This document shows positions 1-9,077 of a DNA stretch of 64,000 bases, in pieces; position 1 is the first letter of the stretch; every line of letters starts with the position of its first letter. Location: positions 128,001 to 192,000 of the forward strand of contig CAVYCN010000002.1 in the NCBI GenBank assembly GCA_963767005.1, in the 5' to 3' direction. The notes beneath the pieces are model-generated. The model saw only the letters and a list, made by a program, of their open reading frames with translations. It was not told the origin of the DNA and made no database searches. Source of the stretch: an uncultured Actinomycetes bacterium. Lineage in GTDB: Bacteria > Actinomycetota > Thermoleophilia > UBA2241. Both the position numbers and the translations under genes were made by a program.

Positions 1-95
1 GCTACGACCACGAGACCGACGCCGGCGAGATGGCCGCGCGCGAGGCGCGCCTGCTCGACGACGCCGACTGGGAGCGCCTGCTTGGCACAGCCTGA
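1..95 (+). CDS. ybeY: rRNA maturation endoribonuclease YbeY, 3' end only (partial)
   Basis: Frame from nt 3 reads YDHETDAGEMAAREARLL...TA* (GYDH...EM...E motif). Canonical position upstream of dgkA-cdd-era. Confidence 0.8.
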   Translation, partial: YDHETDAGEMAAREARLLDDADWERLLGTA

Positions 96-816
96 CGACA
101 GACGCACCTCGCTGCTGCAGAGCTTCAACTTCGCCTTCGAGGGCATCATCCACGTCGTCCGCTCGCAGCGGAACATGAAGATCCACGTGGCGATCGCCAT
201 CGTCGTCCTGGTCTCCGCCTTCTTCTTCGACCTCGACCGCCTCTCGATCGTGGCGCTCTTCGTGGCGATCTCGTTCGTGTTCATCACCGAGATGCTGAAC
301 ACCGCGCTCGAGTACGCGATCGACATCTTCACGTCGCGCTTCGACCCGCGCGCCAAGATCGCGAAAGACCTCGCCGCCGGCGCGGTCCTCGTGGCCACGC
401 TGAACGCGCTCGCCGTCGCCTACCTCGTGTTCTACGCGCGCCTCACGAGCATGCCGCACAACGTGCTGACCAAGGTGCGCGAGACGCCGACCGACGTGAC
501 CGCGATCACCGTCTTCCTGCTCGTGGTCGTGGTGATCGCCGTGAAGGCCCTGACCGGTCGCGGCACGCCGCTGCGCGGCGGCCTGCCGAGCGGCCACGCC
601 GCGGTGGCTTTCGGTGGCTGGGTGGCGATCACGTTTATCGCCGCCGGCACTCACTACGCCCTGTCGATCTCGCTGATCGCCCTGGTGATGGCGTTCCTCA
701 CCGCCCAGAGCCGGGTGCAGTCCGGCATCCACACGTGGCTCGAGGTGACGCTCGGCGGGCTCCTCGGCGCCGGCCTCACGGTGCTCATCTTCCAGCTCTT
801 CTACCCGTTGGTCTGA
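82..816 (+). CDS. dgkA: Diacylglycerol/undecaprenol kinase fused to a PAP2-like phosphatase domain
   Basis: N-half SFNFAFEGI...RNMKIH...EMLNTALE...AKIAKDLAAGAVL (DgkA). C-half GGLPSGHAA and SRVQSGIH (PAP2 motifs). TTG start overlaps ybeY. Confidence 0.85.
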   Translation: MAQPDDRRTSLLQSFNFAFEGIIHVVRSQRNMKIHVAIAIVVLVSAFFFDLDRLSIVALFVAISFVFITEMLNTALEYAIDIFTSRFDPRAKIAKDLAAGAVLVATLNALAVAYLVFYARLTSMPHNVLTKVRETPTDVTAITVFLLVVVVIAVKALTGRGTPLRGGLPSGHAAVAFGGWVAITFIAAGTHYALSISLIALVMAFLTAQSRVQSGIHTWLEVTLGGLLGAGLTVLIFQLFYPLV

Positions 817-1307
817 TGCCGGCGGCGCCGGACAGCGGCAGGACAGCCGGGGGTGCGCCGGGCACGGTCGGGCGCGCGCCGGGCGCAGCCGAGCGCGCGC
901 TCTTTGTGCGCGCCGGCGCGGCGGCCGCGCAAGCCTACGCGCCGTACTCCGGCCTGCGGGTCGGCGCCGCGCTCGCCGCGGCGAGCGGCGCCGTCTATGC
1001 GGGCGTGAACGTCGAGAACGCGTCGTACCCGGTCGGCCTCTGCGCGGAGCGGGCCGCCCTGGCGGCCGCCGTCACGGCCGGCGAGCGCCGTTTCACGGCG
1101 CTCGCCGTCGCCACCGCCTCGGGAGCGCCGATCCTGCCCTGCGGCGCCTGCCTGCAGGCGCTCGCCGAGTTCGGCGACCTCGACCTCGTGTTCGCCCTTC
1201 CGCCGGTCGCGCCGGCCGCCGCCGCCGCCGCCCCGGGCGAGCTGCGTGCCGTCGCGCTGCACGACCTGCTGCGCGTGCCGTTCGTGTTGCCGGGCGCTCC
1301 CGCATGA
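816..1307 (+). CDS. cdd: Cytidine deaminase
   Basis: AYAPYS, NVENASY, CAE and PCGAC motifs. TGATG coupling to the dgkA stop. Confidence 0.9.
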   Translation: MPAAPDSGRTAGGAPGTVGRAPGAAERALFVRAGAAAAQAYAPYSGLRVGAALAAASGAVYAGVNVENASYPVGLCAERAALAAAVTAGERRFTALAVATASGAPILPCGACLQALAEFGDLDLVFALPPVAPAAAAAAPGELRAVALHDLLRVPFVLPGAPA

Positions 1308-1371
1308 GCGCACGATCCGCCCGCTGCACCCCCGCCGGCGCGCCCTGCCGTCCGCGCTCGGCGGAGCCGGC

Positions 1372-2259
1372 ATGAGCGCGCCGTTCCACTCGGGCTTCGT
1401 CGCCGTGCTGGGCCGCCCCAACGTGGGGAAGTCGACCCTGGTCAACCGGCTCGTGGGGCGCAAGGTGAGCATCGTCTCGGACCACCCGCAGACCACGCGG
1501 CGGCGCATCAGCGGCGTGGTCACCGGCGACGCTTTTCAGCTCGTGCTGCTCGACCTGCCCGGCTTTCAGCGGCCCTTCGACTCGCTCACGCGGCGCATGC
1601 AGGCGACCGTCGACGCGACCCTCGCCGAGGTCGACGCCGCGCTCTTCGTGACGAGCGCGACCGAGACGCCGGGCGGCGGCGACCGCTACATCGCCCGCGC
1701 GGTCGCTTCGGCGGCGACGCCGTACGTCGCCGTGCTGAACAAGGTCGATGCGGTCGGCGGCGAGCTGCTCGAGCAGCGCCGCGTGGCCGTGGCGGAGCTG
1801 CTCGATGGGGGAGAGGTGCGGCCGATCAGCGCCCTGCGCGGCGACGGCCTGGGCGACGTCGTGACGGCGCTCCTCGAGGCCATGCCCGAGGGGCCGGTCT
1901 ACTTTCCCGATGGCGAGGTCTCCGACCAGCCGCTCGAGCTGCTCGTCGCCGAGCTCGTGCGCGAGCAGGCCCTGCAGGTGACGCGCGAGGAGGTGCCTCA
2001 CGCCGTGGCCGTCGAGGTCGAGTCGATCGTCGAGCGTCCCGGCGACTCGCTCGTCGAGATCGAGGCCTACCTGATCGTCGAGCACGAGTCGCAGAAGGCC
2101 ATCCTGATCGGCAAGGGCGGACGGGTCGTGAAGCGCATCGGCAGCGGGGCGCGCGCCGAGATCGAGTCGGTGCTCGGCGCGCGCGTCTTTCTGTCGCTGC
2201 GGGTGAAGGTGCGCCGGCACTGGCGGCGCGACGACCGCTACGTGGAGCGGCTGCTCTAG
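1372..2259 (+). CDS. era: GTPase Era
   Basis: GRPNVGKST, PQTTR, DLPG, NKVD and KH domain (EEVPH, IGKGG). Confidence 0.95.
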   Translation: MSAPFHSGFVAVLGRPNVGKSTLVNRLVGRKVSIVSDHPQTTRRRISGVVTGDAFQLVLLDLPGFQRPFDSLTRRMQATVDATLAEVDAALFVTSATETPGGGDRYIARAVASAATPYVAVLNKVDAVGGELLEQRRVAVAELLDGGEVRPISALRGDGLGDVVTALLEAMPEGPVYFPDGEVSDQPLELLVAELVREQALQVTREEVPHAVAVEVESIVERPGDSLVEIEAYLIVEHESQKAILIGKGGRVVKRIGSGARAEIESVLGARVFLSLRVKVRRHWRRDDRYVERLL

Positions 2260-2361
2260 GCCGCGCCCGGGCCCGCCGGGCCCACGGACCCTCTGATATA
2301 CTCGAGCCCGATGACAGGCGCGACCGGCGCGCCCCATGCTCGGGAAGGGACGGTCCGCTCG

Positions 2362-3060
2362 GTGCACGCTGAAGAACTCGCCAAGACCATCGACCACACC
2401 CTCCTGCGCCCCGAAGCCACTGTGGCCGACGTCGAGTTGCTGTGCGCCCAGGCGGCCCAGTACCACTTCGCCGCCGTCTGCGTGCTGCCCCACTGGGTGT
2501 CGCTGTGCCGCCGGCTGCTGGCCGACTCGGACGTCAAGGTCTGCACCGTGATCGGCTTTCCGTACGGCGCCGACGGCGTGCACGCCAAGGTCGCGACCGC
2601 CAAAGACGCCATCGCCCACGGCGCCGACGAGATCGACGTCGTCATGTGCCTGCCGGCCATGCTGTCGGGCGACTTCACCTACGTGCGCAACGAGCTGCGC
2701 GCGGTGGTGCGTGCCGTGCGCGCCGGCGGCGTCAACAACGGCCGTGGGCTCATGCTCGTCAAGGTGATCGTCGAGACGTGCTACCTGTCGACCAAGCTCA
2801 AGAAGATGGCCTGCAAGATCGTCGAGGACACCGGCGCCGACTTCGTGAAGACATCGACGGGGCTCGGTCCGGCCGGCGCCACCGTGCACGACGTCGAGCT
2901 CCTGCGCGACGCGCTGAGCGAGCACGTGGCCGTCAAGGCGGCCGGCGGGGTGCGCACCTACCGCGACGTCGCGCGCCTGATCAACGCCGGCGCGGCCCGC
3001 ATCGGCACGAGCGCGGGCGACCAGATCATGCGCGAGTTCCTGGCCGGCGAGGCCGGTTGA
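2362..3060 (+). CDS. deoC: Deoxyribose-phosphate aldolase
   Basis: IDHTLL, VIGFPYG, GADEIDVV, KVIVET, FVKTSTG, VKAAGG, RIGTS. Start uncertain (GTG 2362 or ATG 2311). Confidence 0.93.
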   Translation: MHAEELAKTIDHTLLRPEATVADVELLCAQAAQYHFAAVCVLPHWVSLCRRLLADSDVKVCTVIGFPYGADGVHAKVATAKDAIAHGADEIDVVMCLPAMLSGDFTYVRNELRAVVRAVRAGGVNNGRGLMLVKVIVETCYLSTKLKKMACKIVEDTGADFVKTSTGLGPAGATVHDVELLRDALSEHVAVKAAGGVRTYRDVARLINAGAARIGTSAGDQIMREFLAGEAG

Positions 3061-3136
3061 CGGGCTCGCCGCGCCGCCGCCTGCAGGCGAACAGGTTTCC
3101 TTCGCCTCTCAAGGTACTAGAATCGTCCATAGACCC

Positions 3137-4861
3137 ATGAGCACCGACCTCGACACGGCGATCGCGCCGGCGCGCCGCGCCGGCCGCGCGCGGCCGGCGC
3201 GACACACCGGCCGCCCGATCGCCTGGCGCACCGTCGCCGTCGCAGCTGCCCTGGTGGGCATCCTCGCCGTGGCCGCCTGGCTGCGCCTCAAGGGCATGGG
3301 CTGGGGGCTGCCCTACAGCTACCAGGACCCCGACGAGCGGGTCGTGCTGATGCACGCCTTCCGCATGTCCCGCGGACATCTCGATCCGGGCTTCTTCCTC
3401 TACCCGTCGCTGCTCTTCGAGGTGATCGGCGCCATCATCCGTCTCGTCGCGCTGGTCTATGCGCCCCACGGCCTGAGCCTCACCTCGACCGCCGCCTTCG
3501 TCACAGACCCCACGCCGTACTACCTGATCGGCCGCGGCGTTGCGGCCGTCTGCGGCGTCGTCTCGGTCTACCTGGTCTATCGCCTCGGCCGCGAAGCCTA
3601 CTCGCGCCCGGTCGGCCTGGTGGCGGCGGCCTTCCTCGCCGTCGTGCCGCTCGCCGTGCGCTACTCGCACCAGGCCGTGACCGACGTGCCGGCCACCATG
3701 CTCGGCCTGCTCGCCCTGCTGCTGTTCGTGCGGGCGGCGCGTCGCCGCGACGCCCGCACCCTGCTGATCGGCGCCGTCGTGACCGGTCTCGCCACCGGCA
3801 CCAAGTACAACCTCGGCATGCTGATCGTGCCGGGCCTCGTCGCCAGCTGGTACGTCTGGCGCGACGACTCGCTGCGACGCACGCTGCGCGCCCTGCCACG
3901 GCACGCCCTCGGGCGCCTGGTCGCGCCCATGCTGCTGGCCTACCTCGTGAGCACGCCCTTCACGCTGCTCGACCCGCACCACTTCGTGACCGACTTCGCC
4001 CGCCAGAACCGCATCGTCGCGCGCGGCTGGCTCGGCTTCGAGCACGTGCACAACGGCTACTGGTACAACCTGAGCGTCAACCTCGTCGCCTCGCTCGGCG
4101 TGGTGCTGCTCCTGCTGGGCATCGCCGGCCTCGTGCTGGCGCTCGTCAGGCGCCGGCCGGCCGACGTGATGCTGGCCTCGTTCACGATCGTCTACTACCT
4201 CTACGTGAGCTCGTGGCACGAGCTCATGGACCGCTACCTGCTGCCGATCGTGCCGCTCCTCGTGCTGCTCGCAGTGCGTCTCTGCGTCGACCTGGCCGGC
4301 GTGCCGCTGGTCCGCCGGCGCCTCGTCGTCGCGGCCGCCGCGGCGGCGCTGCTGCTGGGGGCGGTCGTGCTGCCGGCGCGCGCCTCGATCACCTACTCGC
4401 AGTCGCTGCGCGGCACCGACGTGCGCAGCGTGGCGAAGGTGTGGCTCGAGCGCCACCTGCCGGCCGGCGCCGTCATCGCCGAGGAGCCGTACGGGCCGCC
4501 CCTCGTGACACTCACCGACCTGCCCTACTACAGGGCGGCCCGCCTGTCGCCGCCGGCGTACACGATCTACAGCCTGCCGCTGCCCCTGCCCGGCGCGCGC
4601 GACCCGAGCGACGGCCTGAAGTTCCTCGTGGCCCAGAAGGTCACCTACGTGGTGCTGAGCTCCGAGGTCGACAGCCGGGTGCTTGCGGCGCGCGCCACCT
4701 ACCCGGCTCAGGTCGCCTTCTACGAGATCCTGAGCCGGCGGGCGCAGCTCGTCGCCACGTTCGCGCCGCGCGCCGGCGAGAGCGGCCCGGTGATCACGGT
4801 CTACCGTCTGCCGGCGAGCCTCCGCCACAAGCTCGCGCGCTCGATGCGCAACGCCGCCTAG
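3137..4861 (+). CDS. GT-C / family 39 (ArnT/PMT-like) membrane glycosyltransferase
   Basis: Multi-TM protein with DPDE loop, YPSL, GLATGTKY and DRYLLPIVP motifs. Confidence 0.8.
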   Translation: MSTDLDTAIAPARRAGRARPARHTGRPIAWRTVAVAAALVGILAVAAWLRLKGMGWGLPYSYQDPDERVVLMHAFRMSRGHLDPGFFLYPSLLFEVIGAIIRLVALVYAPHGLSLTSTAAFVTDPTPYYLIGRGVAAVCGVVSVYLVYRLGREAYSRPVGLVAAAFLAVVPLAVRYSHQAVTDVPATMLGLLALLLFVRAARRRDARTLLIGAVVTGLATGTKYNLGMLIVPGLVASWYVWRDDSLRRTLRALPRHALGRLVAPMLLAYLVSTPFTLLDPHHFVTDFARQNRIVARGWLGFEHVHNGYWYNLSVNLVASLGVVLLLLGIAGLVLALVRRRPADVMLASFTIVYYLYVSSWHELMDRYLLPIVPLLVLLAVRLCVDLAGVPLVRRRLVVAAAAAALLLGAVVLPARASITYSQSLRGTDVRSVAKVWLERHLPAGAVIAEEPYGPPLVTLTDLPYYRAARLSPPAYTIYSLPLPLPGARDPSDGLKFLVAQKVTYVVLSSEVDSRVLAARATYPAQVAFYEILSRRAQLVATFAPRAGESGPVITVYRLPASLRHKLARSMRNAA

Positions 4862-5856
4862 CGGATCGCCAGGTAGCTGCCGAAGCCCACCGGGATCGGC
4901 AGCCAGAAGTTGATCAGGCGGTAGACGAGCACCACCGCGATCGCCTGCGGCGACGGCACGTTGAAGCTCACGAGCAGGGTGATGAGCAGGCCCTCGACCG
5001 CCCCCAGACCGCCCGGCGTCGGCGACAGGCTGCCGACCGCGTTGGCCACGGCGTAGCTGACCAGCAGCGCGGCCAGGGCGATGTGATACCCGAGGGCGAG
5101 GAACACGAGGTACAGGCAGAGCAGGTCGAAGACCCAGAACATGCACGAGTAGGCGACCGCCGTGCGCTTGGCGCCGCGGTGGGTGCCCATGCGGCGCATG
5201 GCCGAGAACAGGCTGTCGAGCCACTCGTCGATGTTCTCAGCGCGGATCAGCTCACGCCGGTAGACGCGATTGACGAGAGCGGCGATCTGCGACACCCGGC
5301 GGCGCATCTTGGCGCGGTGCCCGTAGAGGTAGATGCCGTAACCCGACAGCCAGAGCAGGAAGGCGATGAGCACCAGGGCGAAGCCGTAGCTCAGCGGGTT
5401 GACGCGGCTGCTCGACACGACCGACACGAGCGCCACCAGGAACATCACCCAGAGCACGATGTAGGCGAAGAAGTTCTGGGCCGCGATCGCCACGAAGATG
5501 AGGCCGTGGGGTGCGCCCTGTTTGCGCAGCGCGTTGTAGCTCACCACCATGCCGGCCGCGCCGCCGGCCCCGAACAAGTGGCTGAACGACAGGCCGGCGA
5601 GCACGATGTTGAGCACCCGGCGGAACGTGAGGCGCACGTCGAGCACGCCCAGGACGTGGCGGAACAGGTCGGTGTAGCCGATCAGCGAGACCGCCTCGAC
5701 GACGACGGCCACGACGAGCAGCGGCCAGCGCGCCCGGCGCAGCAGGCTCAGGGCGCGCTCGGGCCCGACGAGGCGGGGCAGCAGCAGGTACAGGATGACG
5801 ACGATCAGCACGAACCAGACGACCCTGCGGATCGTCTTTGCCGTCGATCGGCTCAC
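4858..5856 (-). CDS. Lysylphosphatidylglycerol-synthase TM domain / flippase-like membrane protein
   Basis: Hydrophobic ORF with SPTPGGLGAVE and VLVYRLINFW motifs. GTG start inferred at 5856. Confidence 0.8.
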   Translation of the reverse strand: MSRSTAKTIRRVVWFVLIVVILYLLLPRLVGPERALSLLRRARWPLLVVAVVVEAVSLIGYTDLFRHVLGVLDVRLTFRRVLNIVLAGLSFSHLFGAGGAAGMVVSYNALRKQGAPHGLIFVAIAAQNFFAYIVLWVMFLVALVSVVSSSRVNPLSYGFALVLIAFLLWLSGYGIYLYGHRAKMRRRVSQIAALVNRVYRRELIRAENIDEWLDSLFSAMRRMGTHRGAKRTAVAYSCMFWVFDLLCLYLVFLALGYHIALAALLVSYAVANAVGSLSPTPGGLGAVEGLLITLLVSFNVPSPQAIAVVLVYRLINFWLPIPVGFGSYLAIR

Positions 5857-5924
5857 GCGCCCCTGCCGCCGGCTCTCCTCACCGGTCCCTCGCTCCTGCG
5901 GTGCGTCGTTCGCCGCCGGCCCCT

Positions 5925-7094
5925 CTAGGAGAGGAACATCGGCTTGTTCTGGATGTCCCGCATCTTCGGCCGGTACTGTTCGGCGTCGTAGTACTCGGCG
6001 ACGTCGATCTTGCGCTGGCCGCCGGCCACCGTGGCGAGGTCGATCACCTTGTAGCTGCCGCCCTGCAGGGCGACAAGCCGGCCGGTGTTGCCCCTGGCGA
6101 CCTCGTCGGCCGCGAGGATCCCGTACGAGGTCGAGACCATGCGGTCGAGCGTGTCGGGCGCGCCCGAGCGGATGACGTAGCCGAGCTGCTGGAACATGAC
6201 GTTGGTGCCGGTCAGGCGCTTGACCTCGGCAGAGACCGCCTGGCCGATCCCGCCCAGCTTGCGATGGCCGAAGGCGTCGGCCTCGCCGGCCTCGGTCATG
6301 CCGCCGCCCACCGGAACCGCGCCCTCGGAGACCGTCACCAGGGAGTAGTGCGAAGGGTTGGCCTCGCGGTCGGCGGCCAGGAAGCCGGCGACGCGCTCCA
6401 TGTCGAACGGCACTTCGGGGATCAGGGCGCGATCGACGGCCGCGAGGAAGGCGGCGTACAGGCTGGTGCCGCCCGAGTGGCGCCCGAAGAGCTCGATGAT
6501 GCCGATGCGCTCGTGCGAGCCGAGCGAGGTGCGAAAGTTGGTGATCATCTCGACCGAGCGCGTGATCGTGGTCGAGAAGCCGATGCAGTAGTCGGTCCCC
6601 ATGACGTCGTTGTCCATGGTCTTGGGGATGGCGACGGTCGGGAAGCCCTCGCGGCTCAGGCGCTCGGCGAACGACAGCGTGTCCTCGCCGCCGATCGGCA
6701 CGAGCGCGTCGAGGCCGAGGTGGTTGAGCACGCGGATCGTGTGAGCTGTGCAGTCGATCCTGCCGTCGTCGCGGGTGGCACGGTCGCTCGCGCGCACGAA
6801 GGCGGGTACGTCGGCCGGCTTGACGGCCACGGGGTTGGTGCGCGAGCTGTGCAGCACGGTGCCGCCGGTGCGGTCGATCCTGCGCACCGCCTCGCGATCG
6901 AGCTTGACGGTGAAGGCGGCCGTCGTCGCCGGGTCGTCGGGGTCGATGCCCATGACGCTGGCCCAGCCGCGGCGCAGGCCGACGACCTCGATGCCGTGCT
7001 CGGCCGCGCGCCCGACGACCGCCTTGATCGCGACGTTCAGACCGGGGACGTCGCCGCCACCGGTGAGGATGCCGATCCGCCGTACGTTCGCCAT
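5925..7094 (-). CDS. pfkA: 6-phosphofructokinase, probably pyrophosphate-dependent type
   Basis: ILTGGGDVPGLN, GGTVLHSSRTNP, GGEDT, PKTMDND, ELFGR, LGYVIRSG. Confidence 0.9.
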   Translation of the reverse strand: MANVRRIGILTGGGDVPGLNVAIKAVVGRAAEHGIEVVGLRRGWASVMGIDPDDPATTAAFTVKLDREAVRRIDRTGGTVLHSSRTNPVAVKPADVPAFVRASDRATRDDGRIDCTAHTIRVLNHLGLDALVPIGGEDTLSFAERLSREGFPTVAIPKTMDNDVMGTDYCIGFSTTITRSVEMITNFRTSLGSHERIGIIELFGRHSGGTSLYAAFLAAVDRALIPEVPFDMERVAGFLAADREANPSHYSLVTVSEGAVPVGGGMTEAGEADAFGHRKLGGIGQAVSAEVKRLTGTNVMFQQLGYVIRSGAPDTLDRMVSTSYGILAADEVARGNTGRLVALQGGSYKVIDLATVAGGQRKIDVAEYYDAEQYRPKMRDIQNKPMFLS

Positions 7095-7266
7095 TGATCC
7101 TCCAACAGGGTCGGGAGGGGCCCTGACGTGACGACCGCCCCTCCGCTGCCGCTCGCGGTCGGTCCCCGCTCGGGGCGCGCCGGCCGCCGTCCTTACTTAC
7201 CAAGCTCGCAGGAATCTATCACGATGCGGTGCGTGGCGGCGTCGTGACGGGTATGCTGCCGCCGTC

Positions 7267-7908
7267 ATGGCCGTCGACACCCGAGACAGGCCGGCGTCCA
7301 TCGGCGCCGATATCCTCCCGCGCCTCTACGACGCGCTCATGTGGCCCGCCGAGCGGGCGTTCGTGGGGCGCTGGCGTTGGCGCCTGTCCTCGCGTGCCGG
7401 GGCGCGTCGCGCGCGCGTGCTCGAGATCGGCGCCGGCACCGGCGCCGGCTTTCGCTTCATGCCGCCGGGCTGCGAGCTCGTCGCGCTGGAGCCGTCGGCG
7501 GCCATGGCGGCCCGGGCGCAAGCTCGGGCCGCCATGGCCGCCCGCCGGGGCGTGCCGGTGAGCGTCGTCGAGGCGCGCGCCGAGGAGCTGCCCTTCGCCG
7601 ACGCGTCGTTCGACGCCGTCCTTGCGACCTTCGTGTGGTGCAGCGTCGCCGACCCCGTACGGGCCTTCGCCGAGGCGCGCCGCGTGCTGCGGCCCGAGGG
7701 CCGGCTCTATCTGCTCGAGCACGTGCACAACCGCTGGCAGCCCGTCCGCGGTCTGCAGACGTTGTTCGCCCCCGCCTGGCGCCGCGTCGCCGGGGGCTGC
7801 CGGCTCGACCAGGACACGGTCGGCCTGCTGGTCGGCGCCGGCCTGCGCGTCGAGCGGCGCGCCGACCACCTGCTCGGCTGGATCGTCGAGATCGAGGCGC
7901 GGCGTTGA
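7267..7908 (+). CDS. Class I SAM-dependent methyltransferase
   Basis: VLEIGAGTG, LPFADASFD, RRVLRPEG, LEHV. Confidence 0.88.
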   Translation: MAVDTRDRPASIGADILPRLYDALMWPAERAFVGRWRWRLSSRAGARRARVLEIGAGTGAGFRFMPPGCELVALEPSAAMAARAQARAAMAARRGVPVSVVEARAEELPFADASFDAVLATFVWCSVADPVRAFAEARRVLRPEGRLYLLEHVHNRWQPVRGLQTLFAPAWRRVAGGCRLDQDTVGLLVGAGLRVERRADHLLGWIVEIEARR

Positions 7909-7920
7909 GGTAGCAGACAG

Positions 7921-8010
7921 GGGGCGCGGCGTCAGGGGGCGCGGCGTCAGGTGGCGCGGCGTGAGATCGCGCGGCGCGGGGTCGCGCGGCGTGAGGTCAC
8001 GGAGGCGGGG
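7921..8010 (+). repeat. Degenerate 15-bp tandem repeat, 5-6 units, consensus GGGGCGCGGCGTCAG
   Basis: Units at 7921 and 7936 are identical. Units at 7951, 7966, 7981 and 7996 are progressively degenerate. Confidence 0.75.
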
Positions 8011-8218
8011 CGCAAACGGCGCCGGGTTGCCGTCGGCGAGGCGGTGTGGTTCAGTAATACGGCAACGCTACAAGCGCTCCCCCTCGCACACTCCCTTCCA
8101 GTCTGCCGGCACACGTGCGTCGTGTGCGGCCGAACTGCGGGCGCGAGGGGTCGCGCGGCCAGGTCCGCCGGCACAGGTCAGACCGCTGCCGCCGGACACA
8201 TCGCGTCGGAAGGACCAC

Positions 8219-8959
8219 GTGACCGGACGAAAGCGACTCACTGCCGTACTCATAGGCATCACCGCACTCACCGCCTCTTCGGCCCTCGTCTTCTCCCCCG
8301 ACAGCGCTCGCGCCGCGAGCCTGCCCTCCCGCCTCCACCACGCCCGGCACGAGCTGCGTCTCGCGCGGCATCGGCTGCGCCGCGATCGGCTCGCATACGC
8401 CGCCGCCCTGGCGGCCGTAAGCGCGCCGCCGGCGGACGTGGCGCCCAGCGCGACGCCCACCCCCTCGCCGACCGCGAGCGCCTCGTCCGGCGCGACGCCG
8501 AGCGACTCACCCTCGCCGGGCGCGACGCCGAGCGCCGGCCCATCGCCGGCACCGGACCCGTCAGTGTCGCAACTGCGGCTCGCCGTGAAGCGCGACCGGC
8601 GGCGCGTGCGGAGCCTCGCGGCGCTCGTGCATGCGCTGCATCACGAGGCCGAGTTGCGGCGTGCCGCCGCCCACGGCAACTGGATGCCGATGGTGCGCGA
8701 CGCCGCTCGACACGAGCACGTCAACGCCGTCGGCCTGCGCCGCCTCATGTCGCTCGAGTCGGGCGGCGCCGCGCGCGCCGAGAACGGGGCCTACCACGGG
8801 CTCTACCAGTATTGCTGGTCGACCTGGAGATCCGCCTGGAACCCGTGGCGCCACAGCTCGATCTACGACGGTGAGGCCCAGATCCGGGCCACGGCCCTCG
8901 CGATCCACCGCGGCTGGGGCCCACGGATGTGGCCCAACACGTACCCGCGGGCCTTCTGA
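8219..8959 (+). CDS. Secreted lytic transglycosylase / Rpf-like protein with a Pro/Ser/Thr linker
   Basis: SD GGAAGGA before GTG, signal peptide, PSPT linker, C-terminal lysozyme-like LMSLESGG...GLYQY...TW domain. Paralogous to 53041..54021. Confidence 0.72.
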   Translation: MTGRKRLTAVLIGITALTASSALVFSPDSARAASLPSRLHHARHELRLARHRLRRDRLAYAAALAAVSAPPADVAPSATPTPSPTASASSGATPSDSPSPGATPSAGPSPAPDPSVSQLRLAVKRDRRRVRSLAALVHALHHEAELRRAAAHGNWMPMVRDAARHEHVNAVGLRRLMSLESGGAARAENGAYHGLYQYCWSTWRSAWNPWRHSSIYDGEAQIRATALAIHRGWGPRMWPNTYPRAF

Positions 8960-9025
8960 GGTCGTAGGGACGACCCCGTCCGGACCGGCGCCCTGCGGCG
9001 CCGGTCCACGGTGGGTCGACGGGCC

Positions 9026-9072
9026 GGGCGGGGCGGGCGGCGGGCATATGCCCGCCGCCCGCCCCGCCCTTC
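9026..9072. terminator. Perfect 44-bp palindrome between convergent genes (terminator-like)
   Basis: GGGCGGGGCGGGCGGCGGGCAT|ATGCCCGCCGCCCGCCCCGCCC followed by TTT. Confidence 0.7.
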
Positions 9073-9077
9073 GCGTC

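Noticed and set aside
8040-8220. c-di-AMP (ydaO) riboswitch upstream of the Rpf-like gene
   Set aside because: The conserved ydaO segments are not recognisable. Kept only as an unclassified structured leader.
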